64,000 nt of DNA from Callorhinchus milii (taxonomy: Eukaryota). The stretch lies in contig NW_024704742.1 of the NCBI RefSeq assembly GCF_018977255.1, forward strand, positions 121,646,001 through 121,710,000, written 5' to 3'. The first letter of the stretch is position 1. The number at the start of each line of letters is the position of its first letter. Shown here one piece after another: positions 12,801 to 23,852 of the stretch. A model generated the notes under the pieces. That model saw only the letters and a program-made list of their open reading frames with translations, was not told where the DNA came from and did no database searches. Made by a program: the position numbers and the translations under genes.

Positions 12801-14339
12801 CACTCCTAGGCAGCTGCAAATTGTTTGAATTCAGTTGTAGAGGTTACAACTAAGTCTTTCTTCCTTTTCTTACCAAATCACTACCAGATAAAGTACCAAG
12901 GCGCTGATGCTGATGCTACACTAGCTTCCTACTCTTGCCATCAGATTATTGCTGAGGAATTTAAGGAACCAAGAACAAGTGCCCAAAAATCAATTGCTTG
13001 TTTGCTGGAAGAAATAATAATGGACAAAAGCACGTCTGTCAAAGAGAAAAAGAGGAAACTAAAGCAGGTAGAATGAATTAAGGATTCTGTCACATTTGTT
13101 TTACAACTGTACAATAATCTTTACAAATAGATATTATGTATTGAATATTAAATATCTATTGAATAGTTTATGTTTTATTGTGGAGTCCTGTAGCTCAGTG
13201 GTTAGAGCACTCGCTTTGCAAGTGAGAGACCTGAGTTCAATTCCAGGCAGAGGGCGAAACCTTGGGCAAGTTTCCTTACTCCACACGCCTAATAATAATC
13301 CCTCCAAAAAACAAAAACAATAATTAAATTGGCCATTTTCAATCTACGACTGTTTGTGGGACATTGCTGTGCGCAATTGGCTGCCGCGTTCGCCCACAAA
13401 TATACAGTCAATTCACTTTACAGTGTGTTCTGTGAAGCGCTTTGGGACGTCCTCCCGACGTGAAAAGCGCTATATCAAATGCAAGGATTATTATTATTAT
13501 TATTATTGCCTTAACATTACTGTAAATACTTTGCTCCAGATTTTCCACAATTGCAGCAAACTTATATAAACTGCAACCTTGGATCCAACATGATATTTTA
13601 TTTAATCTGCCACCAAGAAGTTGCTTGGAATCTAAAATCCTCCTGGCGTGATGTAAATGTAAATTTGTTCTTGTGAAGGTTAACCTTCATGGCTCGGGCT
13701 AGTGAATAATACCAATGCTGTACGAATATTCAGAAATGTTCAACATAAGAGCTGTTCCTCATTTGTTTATCCTCGTGTTTATATTGTGTGAGCCTATCAC
13801 CCCACTAGCTCCGCACCCTCCAAAGGATCGAGTCCAAGATTCTTGTGTTTAAATCCTACAACTCTATCAACTGGCCTAGTTCATGTCCCCGTTCAATCTG
13901 CCAACTGTTGGCAGACAACCTATCAGCCATTCTGCTTCACTCTCTGGAATTCCATTTTGAAGTCCCTTTGACTTGTGCCCCCAACCTACCTCAAAGTTAC
14001 CTCTGACCATGTTTTGGGTCATGTTTCCCCCTCACTAAACTTTTTGGTTCCATCTCCGAGCTTGGGACATAGCCAGCAATGTGGAGTGCTTTGAGATGTC
14101 CTGCTGATGTGAATGATGTAATATGAATATGATTTTATTGTATTGTTTCATTTTTTAAATTGCTTTTTTTGCTTCAGTTTCAGAAATCTTATCCTGACGT
14201 ATATCAAAATCGATTTCCAACAACCGAGAGTGAGGCACTGCTGTTTCCTGAAAAACCAAAACTCAAACCACAGCTCATGTTTTTCACCATGAAGAAGTCA
14301 TTCCAGCCATTTCAACGAACCCGGAGTTTTCGGATGTAA
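726..14339 (+). CDS. DEPDC1B: DEP domain-containing protein 1B, 5'-partial multi-exon CDS: join(726..864,2189..2316,3551..3681,4457..4504,6127..6267,[10017..11150 cassette],11613..11779,12478..12654,12888..13067,14178..14339)
   Basis: Hand-spliced at GT-AG junctions with consistent phases. The translation includes [74 protein letters not shown] and ends [12 protein letters not shown], which I recognise as the DEPDC1B (not DEPDC1A) C-terminus. Confidence 0.96.
2189..2316 (+). CDS. DEPDC1B: DEPDC1B coding exon ([20 protein letters not shown]...WKSITLSK)
   Basis: Acceptor tgttctag|; donor AA|gtaggt; 128 nt; frame continuous with neighbours. Confidence 0.93.
2493..2993. mobile_element. Tigger/pogo-like non-autonomous DNA transposon (MITE)
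   Basis: TA on both sides (2491-2492, 2994-2995). Imperfect TIRs: left cagtgaaattctgttaattgaa, right reverse complement caatgaagttttgctaatcgaa. Three internal tgaata(a/g)tttggttta repeats. Confidence 0.7.
3551..3681 (+). CDS. DEPDC1B: DEPDC1B coding exon ([15 protein letters not shown]...VILENKS)
   Basis: Acceptor ttgacttccag|; donor G|gtatct; 131 nt. Confidence 0.93.
3835..4325. repeat. Longest copy of an unclassified interspersed repeat; contains a 36-nt tandem duplication (4097-4181)
   Basis: Related segments at ~17800-18030 (opposite strand), ~23935-24275, ~26254-26490 and ~51500-51692. Confidence 0.75.
4457..4504 (+). CDS. DEPDC1B: DEPDC1B coding exon ([16 protein letters not shown])
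   Basis: Acceptor ttttccaaacag|; donor T|gtaagt; 48 nt. Confidence 0.93.
5620..5975 (-). mobile_element. Older DeuSINE-type SINE, diverged
   Basis: Reverse complement of the Deu-type body (ggatctttaacatccagctgaagaggtagatgggacc on +). Confidence 0.75.
6127..6267 (+). CDS. DEPDC1B: DEPDC1B coding exon ([27 protein letters not shown]...FINIL), start of RhoGAP-like region
   Basis: Acceptor ttcctcacctag|; donor G|gtgagt; 141 nt. Confidence 0.94.
6749..8111 (+). mobile_element. L2 LINE, 5'-truncated (RT remnants, 3' UTR, GTT tail)
   Basis: Peptides [25 protein letters not shown] and LHWLPI; tail cagcgctttgggacgtcctcccaacgtgaaaggcgc...gttgttgttg. Confidence 0.93.
8417..8729. repeat. Local complex tandem duplication (~78-nt unit twice plus GCTAACAATTGAT repeats)
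   Basis: ttgac(a/g)ggacaatacaagtac...cttacactaatat at ~8417-8495 and ~8650-8727; gctaacaattgat five times here and once at ~9070. Confidence 0.85.
8730..9064 (-). mobile_element. Young tRNA-Ala SINE (short variant)
   Basis: Nearly identical to the 13180-13507 copy; long ATT tail. Confidence 0.93.
10017..11150 (+). CDS. DEPDC1B: Large in-frame cassette exon of DEPDC1B (378 codons), resembling the large alternative exon of DEPDC1A
   Basis: Lies inside the 409-codon ORF 9977-11206. Acceptor atgcag|CA at 10016/10017 and donor CCAA|gtaagc at 11150/11151 are both phase 1, matching the flanking exons. Motifs [27 protein letters not shown] and [10 protein letters not shown] resemble the DEPDC1A insert as I recall it. 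Confidence 0.8.
11613..11779 (+). CDS. DEPDC1B: DEPDC1B coding exon ([37 protein letters not shown]...GARML)
   Basis: Acceptor aaacctag|; donor CTG|gtgagt; 167 nt. Confidence 0.95.
12478..12654 (+). CDS. DEPDC1B: DEPDC1B coding exon ([26 protein letters not shown]...HLRRVQ)
   Basis: Acceptor attgcag|; donor CAG|gtagat; 177 nt. Confidence 0.95.
12888..13067 (+). CDS. DEPDC1B: DEPDC1B coding exon (IKYQGADAD...KEKKRKLKQ)
   Basis: Acceptor ctaccag| after a pyrimidine tract; donor CAG|gtagaa; 180 nt. Confidence 0.93.
13180..13507 (+). mobile_element. Young tRNA-Ala SINE (short variant)
   Basis: Head gtggagtcctgtagctcagtggttagagcactcgctttgcaagtgagag (TGC anticodon); L2-like tail with ATT repeats. 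Confidence 0.93.
13800..14130 (+). mobile_element. Degraded L2 3' fragment
   Basis: aggatcgagtccaagattcttg and ctctggaattcc motifs; decayed tail. Confidence 0.6.
14178..14339 (+). CDS. DEPDC1B: DEPDC1B last coding exon ([28 protein letters not shown]...FQRTRSFRM*)
   Basis: Acceptor tttttttgcttcag|; stop TAA at 14337-14339. Confidence 0.95.
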   Translation, partial: FQKSYPDVYQNRFPTTESEALLFPEKPKLKPQLMFFTMKKSFQPFQRTRSFRM

Positions 14340-16850
14340 AATCTTATTGCTGAGGATTGCTGCTGCTGCCACTAGAAGATTGTCTCTAAATGTCCTCAAT
14401 TTTCAATTATGTCAGGAGATTTGGAGCTGTTGAATGCTGAAAATATCCATATTGCTGTATCTGAAAATATCCATGTTACTGTGTATGACCCCTTGCAATG
14501 TTATGTAGATTGTAGTTTCCAGAATTCTTGTTGCGTGGTAGATGTGCAAGGTTAATTGAGTCTGAGACTTAATGAGAAAATATTCACTGGATACTGCACA
14601 AAAACATTTTAGTCTGATTTGTATCCATTAAGTGGTAAGGTCAAACCTTTTATAAGAGATTTAAAACTAAGGCAGAAATGGAATTTTTTTTGAGTATTGT
14701 ATGATTATTGCTGTAGTTACTGAGAAATAAATAATCGAGTTGGTGTGTTAGGGGTCAGCTGTTATTTACTGAATCTTGTGGGTTTTTTAAGCAGGACTTG
14801 ACCATAGCTAGATAAGAGTTAGTTATACCATAGTTATTTGTTTTATGTTACCTGTACTGTGTTATGTTTGGACCAGATTTGCTTCAATGGATGTTGAATT
14901 AAATTCTATTGCTTTGGCTGACAGAATGGACAATCCTATTGTTCTTACCTAAAGAAGAGCAGAGTAAACGATTGCCATGTGAAGTTTAGATAAAAGCTTA
15001 AATTTGGTATTGGTGTATAAACATCCAATGTCAATATTGCCTAGATGTGTCACAAGAGGCTCGATTCTGAGGTCATGATGAACTAAGTCAATGTCTGAAT
15101 TGAGGCTTCAGTGACTCTAGCTATTTCTCTTCAGCAATAAAATTAACGTAAATCATCAATTTATTGATTATTCCAGGGATTACGAGTGACCTTTATTGGT
15201 ATTAACTGACCATAATGCCCATCTCTGTTCAGGAAATGTTGCACCATTGGAAGGTGAGTGACAGGAGTAAAGATTTTTTTTTGCTCTGCTCTTGAGTGCT
15301 TAAAGTGGTAGAGAAATGTGTATGTTATCACTCAATTTGATTTCAACACCACCAGCTTTAATGGCCTTTTATTTTCTCAATACACTAGTTGTTGACGCTC
15401 AGAATAAAAGACCCTCCAGGTTCCTGGTCTGAACCTACAATTCATTTATCTTGAACCAGCCTTTATTATTGTAGAGTGTAATTTTATTGTTGGTCTGAAA
15501 CATTTCTTTGTGTTTCTTCCTTTCTCCTCCATCTAACTTTGCAAAACCCGTTTGCCTTTACTTTTTCTGTACAAAAGCCCCAAATAAAGATTGACCTCTG
15601 GGCCTGGGAAACCACTGTGCAGTAGCTTAATGTAAATAGTTTTAACTTTCAATGTTAATTACCACCATGTTGTGTGCAAAAGTGATTTTTAAAAATTAGT
15701 TTACTACTTGATAACCATTTTTCCTCTTTTGAGAGTTTGTACAGCTTATAACATTTACTGTATTTTTAATTTGGAGCTGCAAATTCTCTGTATTTGAAGC
15801 CAGTAACTAAATGGTGCCATCTACTGTCATCAGTTGCCCCCACTTCATATAAGTTGTTTTATTACTTTTATCGTCTTGTGTATTTTCATTTTATGTGTTA
15901 TCTCAGAAGTAGCCTACATAATTTATACCATATTTTGATAATAATCCTTGTATTTGATATTGCGCCTTATGTCTTCGAGACGTCTCACATAATATACTGT
16001 AAAGTGAATTGAGTGTACATTTTCTGGGCGATCCGTGGCAGTCAATTGCACACAGCAGTATCCCACAAACAGTCGTGGATTGAGTAACCAAATTATTATG
16101 ATTTTTTTAAAAAAAGGATTATGACCCCTAGAAAAGCGATCCACCAATTGATTAATACCGGGTTCCTACTTACTGTTGGGTGAACAGAGGCGTGTGGAGT
16201 AAGGAAACTTGCCCAAAGTTTTGCCCTGCCCAGGAATTGAGCCCAGATACTCTCGCTTGAGGGCGAGTGCTCTAAACGCTAAGCTATAGGACTAATTTCA
16301 CATAACAATATGGTGTAAAATGTGAGTGAATGGAGGATTCTTGTAAACTTGTCTTTATATGATTTATTTCTTTTTCTGCACTGTCTGCAGTCAAAAGGTT
16401 AATCAATTCTGAAACTTCTGTCGTTTCTGAGAAAGGTATTAGATGGTGGGCAAAATATACAATACAAATTAAATATGGATTAATTCCACAGTTCCTTTTC
16501 TTTGTGGGGAAAGCACACTCCTAACTGTGGCTGAGATTGGGGGATACTCAGCCCTGGAGGGAAGAGTAAGTTCTGTATCTCTGAATCAGTCAATTCACAG
16601 ACGTCTTCTATAATTCATTATAATTCTTGTGTTTGATAGGGCCTTATGCCTTAACACATCATCAAAACCTCAAAGATTTACTGTAAAATGTTTGGACTAC
16701 TTGTAGTTGAATAATACATTATGTTGATGCAACAAATGTAAGATTTAAAAAAAATCGATGGCACTGTCAACTGGATTGTGTTTTTCATGTAACACCTGAA
16801 GACTTGTTCTCCAATAAAGTCCTTGAACAAATGTTATTTCTCAAACTCTT
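14340..16850 (+). other. DEPDC1B: Probable DEPDC1B 3' UTR with candidate polyadenylation signals
   Basis: AATAAA at 14726, 15136, 15403, 15583 and 16813. The true 3' end cannot be fixed from sequence alone. Confidence 0.5.
15938..16293 (-). mobile_element. tRNA-Ala SINE (long variant)
   Basis: Contains the internal segment gcctctgttcacccaacagtaagtaggaacccgg (minus strand) that the short variants lack. Confidence 0.9.
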
Positions 16851-19204
16851 CAGTTACTAAGGTGTAATTTTAGACCAAAGTGATCCTATTGATTATTTTA
16901 GAAGTGAATCAATGTTTATTTTTATGTGAAAGGCACTACATAGGTGCGGTTATTATAAGTCATAATACTATTCTTGTATTAAACACCGATAGGACCATAT
17001 TTGCAATATTGTGTGCATCCCTTTGATGAACCACCATTCCTTCAGGTGGGGTAGCATTCTGACGATGACGATAAAGATTAAAGATGATCATTAGAACTTA
17101 GAACTTTTTAGGGTCAAGGAAAGGTTCACAGAGATTCAAAGTGGACATCTCGGTCTCTTAAAAATGGTAAAATATATGAGGTAGTTTTAAGGATATTTGA
17201 CTTGGGATTGTGAGAAGAGAGCAGTGTCTGGAGAGATCATGTTTGAATACTGCAACAATAAAAATGATATATGGAATTTATCATGATTGAGTTTTCAGGG
17301 TTTGTTATAGGAGTTTTTCTCCAGTAGATCATGCAAATGGGTGAAGTCTGATTGGGTAGATTTTATATGGGTTGTGGAGGAAATGGACTTTGTAGGCCAA
17401 ATTATGTTTACTCATTCTGTGTGTTTTTACACATCTACAAATCCTCCCACCAATTTGCTGATATAATTCATTTATAATAGTGTTCTGATGCTCTCCTCAA
17501 CTTAATATTGCATTGATATAGAACCTCTGTTCACAGCCACAGGTTCAACCCTGGTGACAGGCCCATGTTTCTAGGAGATATAAGAGGGTTTATGATCTGA
17601 ATTCTTCCCCCTGCAGCTCCCCCCGCCCCCGCCTCGACCAAAAACTAACCTGATCTGTAAGTTAACAACCTACATTTTGAAGTGTCTGATTAATGCATAT
17701 GGATGAAAAGGCATTCCCAGAAATGGAAACTCTTTGGAGCAGGGTTGAGCTGAGCTCCAAGGTGATGTGCTTGACAACAGAATGTCAGAATCAAGTGAGT
17801 CCTCTAACAGACTTGATAGTCCAGTTACTGAGCTAGGGGATCCAAAGTACCATGTTGATGACAGACCAGCCAGCCTGGCTCTTTCCTGAACAAAATTCTA
17901 AACTTAATTGATACTACAATGTACACTGGAGTCTTGAAGTCTTGGCTTTAGCCAACTTGCACCTAATACTCTGGATTTAGGGATGCAATGTGCTTTCCTC
18001 CAGGGACAGAGTGCGTATTCCATTTCAAACACTGGAAATCTTCCATGTGTAGGATCCATACATATGCGGAATTCTCATTCTGATTTGGATACTCTGAAGC
18101 AGGATATGTATCAGATGACCAAAGCAAAAGTGTTTTGCAAAGGATAATGAATATTTTCTGCCTTAGCAACATTGCTTTATTGAGCAACAATTAATAGTCT
18201 AGGTTTGATAATCATGAAGTCCAATTTGTGGGATTTCGTAACAGGAAAAGTAAAAATTGTAACACAATAATTAGTTAGTTGTGGAAGCATATTTAGTATA
18301 ATTTATCAGGAATATTACATCACATTAAAATTACTCTTACTAGTGATGACATGTTTTAAAATTTTCAACACATTGTGCCAGCCCATCTTGCTCTGACTCT
18401 AAATCTTTCTAAGACTGTTTCTTTCTGAAACGCTCTATCTTTCTGTGCCTCTTTCTTTTTCTCTGATTCTCAGTTAACTGTTCATTAACACTTTCATTTT
18501 TCTATTTGTCTCTGACTTTCTTTCTGTTAACAAATATCTTTGTGCTACCAGTAAAAAAAATTGCAGATGCATGAGGTAAGTAAAATTGGATTTTGTTTGC
18601 CTATTTCTTGCATCTCTGTGATGTTCCACATTTTGCTTAAGACCATGAATATAAGGTGAGAAAAAATCCTTCATATCATATAGAACCTCAAAAAATAATT
18701 TCGAGGCAACGGAAGAGGTCACAGGTTCAGAGTTGCGGAGATTAATTTTTGCACAAATTCGAAGGAAGTATTCTTTTACCCAGAGGGTAATTAACAGTTG
18801 GAACGGGTGATCAGGAAGGGTGGTAGGAACCAGATCACTGGCCTCCTATTAGAAACAGCTTGAGTGTTGATATTCTGAAAGGAGAAAATCAAATGGGTCA
18901 ATGCATTGTCTTCATCCAAATCTCTCCAACTCTGGAAAATAAATTGCAAAAGCTAATCATGTTACTTGCCACTAGAGGTCACATTTGTGACTTGAAAAAA
19001 AATCATTCAGCACCATTTACAAATAACTCAATGCACTGTTAATAGTGATTTTAATACAACTTTTGTTAAGTCAAGAAATGTAGATACTCAGATTGTTAAA
19101 GTGTACCAACACCGTTTTCCAAAAATAGATTTATTATTTTAAAAAAGGTTCTCTGTATAGGTGTGTGTGTGTAATGAAACAATTAATTTCATGTCAGTTC
19201 AAAG

Positions 19205-19681
19205 ATGACCAGGACTGCTTTATTCCATCTCTGTCATGTTGCCCGCCTCAGTACGTACCTCACAACCGACGCAGCCAAAATCCTCGTCCATGACTTCGTC
19301 ACTTCCCGGCTGGACTTTTCCAATACCCTCCTCGCTGGTTTCCACAGCTCCACCATACACAAAATCCAATTAATCCAAAACTCCTCCGCCCAGATACTCA
19401 TTTGCACAAAACTCCATACCCCCATCACACCAGTGCTTGCCAGGCTCCACTGGCTTCTAATTACTGAATGGGATTGATTTCAAAATCCTCTTACTCGTTT
19501 TCAAAACCTTTCATGCCCTCCAACCTCCCTATCTATCCAATCTGCTTACCCTCTACTCTGCCTGGCTGGCTCCGGTCTCCTGTTTGTCCGTCCCCCTGGC
19601 TTGGGGTCAGACTCTGCTGCTGTCAAGTGCTCCGGGAACTTATGTACGTGAAAGGAGCTATAAAAATGCATGTTGTTGTTC
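19205..19681 (+). mobile_element. Old L2 3' fragment
   Basis: Peptides SRLDFSNTLL and ARLHWLL; GTT tail. Confidence 0.85.
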
Positions 19682-21551
19682 TTCCTAATAAATCACAAAT
19701 TTCTGAAGATATGTCTGAAACAAAAGTAGAATATTTGTGAAATATTTAACAGTGTCATTCACACAAAGATTATTATTTTAAAAAGGTTCTTTGTGTAAGT
19801 GTGCATGTGTGTGATTAAACAATTACAGGAATTGCATATCAGTTCAGAGATGAACAAATACAGTCTCAGTTTGGTACAGAAGAACTGTACACTGAAGTAC
19901 TGCAAATTGGACAACCCTTCATTTTTACTCTGATTAAGTTGCAAATAAAGAGAATTGTCATCCATCTAAATGCATATTGTTCATCTAGGCTGGATGAGGA
20001 GAATGCTGCATGGCACTCCAGATTTACCATACATTTCAGGGTGTGTGAATATGCCCTGAAATGCCCTTGATATAATATTTCAGATACGATCATTGATGAA
20101 CGTTTTCAATATGAGGCCCTCGAAGGTGAAATTTTCAACTGCCAAACCAATATAATGTACTACAGTATAAAAAAAATGTTTGTCAGTCTCTTATAATGTG
20201 TGGAATATATTTCTTATATCCCTATGGATAAGCACCCAATCAGTAATTACATTAAGGGATATGAGGGATGAGGTGGATAAGGAAATAATTTAAAAAATTA
20301 GAAGCATGAATAAAAGTAACATCGTATATAATGAGCAAATGAACCTCTTCAATGGTGAAAATTTCTGTCCATCCATGTAATCCAGATTGTCATACCCACC
20401 TTGAACTTTATAGTTCAGACTATTATCAGAATTAATTGTTAGATGTGTCATGTTTACCATTCATCTGTGTTCCATTGAATCTAAATGATGGTTTGAAAAT
20501 AATAATCCTATTGTTTGGATAAGTAAATTCTAATAAGGTTGCAATATGAACATTTGAATATAAATCGGAAGGAAGTTCTACCCTTCTGTATAATATATCA
20601 AATGCAAGAATTGTTGTTATTATGTAAAATACTGTATATTTTTGTATGTCCTCCTTTAAAAAAATCAGGATGTTAAATGGATAGGGTTAGAGAAGATGCT
20701 GAGACGAGAGTAATGCTGAGATTTGTAGATCATTTTCATTCTTGTTTTCATTGGAGAAAAGATTGAGGCAGGACATGACCTAAATCTTTAAAATGCTGTG
20801 AAGCATAAAAGATATAGATGTAAGCAGGCTATTTGACGTAGACTGCGATCATAGAATCCAAAGTACACAGCTTTAAAATGAACATGCAAGGAATTATCTA
20901 GCAAGCATAGAGATTAGAACAAATTTTTCTCCATAAATGAGTCGATATTTAGAATATCAGTAGTACTTTTCAAGTAAAGGACAGTCTCAAAGTGGTTCAA
21001 GAAAGAACTGCAGAAGTAACTGGTTGAGAAGAAATAGTATTGGAGATTAAAGAGCTATGGCCTTTAAAAAGGTGGGTTATGTGAGTTATACACTGTATTT
21101 TCTAGTAATGATAAAACAGTTGTAAAAAATGGCCATTTTCTCTACGTGTTTATGAGTTTTTTTTATTTAAAACGTGTTCCAACAAAATGTTCATAATGTT
21201 TCAACTTACTTTACTAAATGAATTTGTTACTTATTGTACCAGTTTCTGCACCTAATGTATTTTCATACCCATTCACTAACATTACTTTGCTTAATAGTTT
21301 GATCTCTTTATTTTTTATCTCTAATGAAGGTTTGATGTAGGAGTTCTTTGTCTGATGTGCAATGGATAGTCTTTATGATTGGTAGTGATGGTGTTATTCT
21401 ATGCTGTTGGATGGATCTGAATGGTGGATCTTCCCAATGCTATCATCATTATCCATGAGTGGGTGGTCTGCTCTGTATTTCTTGACACCAGGATTTGACT
21501 ATAAGAGGAGAAGCCGAAAGGAACTAGTGTTTATCTTGAGCTATTATATTT

Positions 21552-21777
21552 ATAATAATAATATTAATAATCCTCGCATTTGATACAAGAGCTTCACAGA
21601 ATATACTGTAAAGTGAATTGTCTGTATATTTGTGGGCAAAACGTGGCAGCCAATTTCACACAGCAGTGTCCCACAAACAGTCGTGGATTGAGGCCTAAGG
21701 TTTCGACCTGCCTGAGAATCGAACCTGGATCCTCTCGCTTGTGAGGCGAGCACTTTAACCACTAAGCTACAAGACCC
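21552..21777 (-). mobile_element. tRNA-Ala SINE, internally deleted
   Basis: Head and tail match the family; middle is missing. Confidence 0.85.
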
Positions 21778-23286
21778 CGACCTGTTAAGTATCTTGGGAC
21801 ATCCTCCCAATGGGAAAGGCAAATGTGAGTTTTGTTTTAAACAACCTACACATTATCTGCATCATGTTAGCACAGTACTCAGTGTAGAAAGGTGCAGAGG
21901 AGAGCCAACGTGTACTAGCTTTAGTTAACAAACCGCATGGTTTACCACTAGTACTGGCAAACTTATCTTAGGAGCTTATGTTTTTGCTGATGTATTTCTT
22001 CCTGAAAAGGTGGTCTCCATAAGATATTTGTCATTCATGTAGTTTTTCATATCATTAATTCTCTCAAGTGAGAATTGCTATTGGTCACAGTGCAGTAGAA
22101 GTGTTGGTGGGATGAAGAGTATGGTATTATATTCAGATCCCTTTGGTTACGTGTAGGGAACAATGTGCTTGAACGTTGCAGTGATCAACAATTGATTGTC
22201 ACAGCTCTGCTGCCGCATGACTTTTATCATCCTGGGTGAGGCTTTGTCCTAGGTGCAAAGATTCACTCATTCATTCCTGATGGAGAACTGTTTGAAATGT
22301 TGGTTTAAATATTGCAACTCAGTATAAATGAGTTCAGTGCAAAGCTCAAAGCATCAATGCTGCCTGCTCGCTTATGCTTCAAAACTGGTAGTATTCTTAC
22401 TAGTTTTGACAACCCCTTGATAAAAGTGATTGAAAATAGGTTGGACAGGATGACTCTGTTTGTATCAGCCTGTTCTTCCTTAAAGTCTTCTTACCGAGTG
22501 TGCTTGTGCCTTGTGAAGCTTCTCAATGAATGACAAGCCTAGTTTTGTCAACATAGTGGTAAAATCTAGCCCAGAACCCCTCCTGTCAGTCTGAGCAGAG
22601 CTTGTTTAATGTTGACACAAGTTGGGTACAATTTGGCTTTCTTCAATCTTGTGTCAGCAGTTTAACTGATGACAATTGGTGCATGCTCAGATGCTTTCTT
22701 CTGCTATCAGCCTGATTATAGTTGAATTCACCTGCAAAACCAGCGAGTGTTTTGTCAGAAAGCATAAGGGTCAAAGACCAAAAGACTGATGTCTTTGTAA
22801 TTGTTGCAAATGTTTTCACACAGCAAGTTGTTCGGATCTGGAATGCATTGCCTAAAAAGGGTGGTGGAAGCAGATTCGATAACAACTTTCAAGAGAGAAG
22901 GGGATAGATATTTGGGGGGGACAAATTTGCAAGGTTATGGGAACTCGGGTTTTAGAAGTCTTTTACTGTGGCTGAGAACTAATCACTTGGTATTCTGTGT
23001 GGACCCAAATGTTATTAGCAAGTCTGTATTGTGGTTTGAACATCTTTGACTTTTTACCTCCTTTTACCTTCCACCCTGATAGCTTTCCTAGTCTTGTGAT
23101 GAATTTCAGTTTGCCTTTAAGTATACAGCTATGATTGGCTAGAAAGTCCATGAGGAGCACATAGTTTCTTTCAGCATTGTCATGGAAGTCAGGATCCGAT
23201 AGTTTTTTTGAGGTGTTATTTCAATGTTTATTATTTTTTCTGGGTCTTCCACCATCTTCATTTTGGTCAGCTGGGTTTCTGACACA

Positions 23287-23852
23287 TTTATAAAACACTG
23301 GTTAGGTCTCAGCTAGAGTACTGTATTCAATTCTGTGCATCACCCTTTAGGATGTCATTCATGGCTTTGGAGAGGGTGCAAATGAGATTTACCAGGATAG
23401 TACCAGAAATGGGGGGTTTAAGTTATGTGGAGAGATTAGAGAAACTGGGATTGTTCTCCTTGGAGCAGAGAAGATTAAGGGGAGATTTAATAGAGGTGTT
23501 CAAAATTATGAGGGGATTTGATAGAGTGAGCAGGAAGAAATTGTTTCCACTGGTGGGTGAGCTGGTAACCCGAGGATACAGATTTAAAATAGTTGTTAAA
23601 AGAACCCGAGGGAAGGAGAAATGTTTTCACACAGTGCGTTGTTTGGATCTGGAATGCCTGAAAGGGTGGTGGAAGCAGATTCGATAACAACTTTCAAGAG
23701 AGAAGTGGATAGGTATTTGGGATAGACAAATTTGCAAGGCTATGGGGAGAGAGCAGAGAGTGGGGTTAATTTGGACAGCTTTTTCACAGAGCCGGCACAG
23801 GCGCGATGGGCTGAATAGCCTCCTACTGTGTTGTATGATTCTACGATTCTAT
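23287..23852 (+). mobile_element. CR1 LINE 3' fragment
   Basis: Peptides LERVQMRFTR and LGLFSLEQRRLRGDLIEVFKI; ATTCTA(C/T)G tail. Further decayed CR1 pieces at ~18720-18900, 20700-21050, 22760-22945, 24055-24146 and 29130-29380. Confidence 0.92.

Noticed and set aside
13180..13255. tRNA-Ala gene
   Set aside because: No acceptor-stem 3' strand or T-run terminator; it continues into a SINE body repeated many times in the window.
726..14339. Calling the gene DEPDC1A because of the large exon
   Set aside because: [11 protein letters not shown], the [10 protein letters not shown]-terminus and the apparent PDE4D neighbour are DEPDC1B features.
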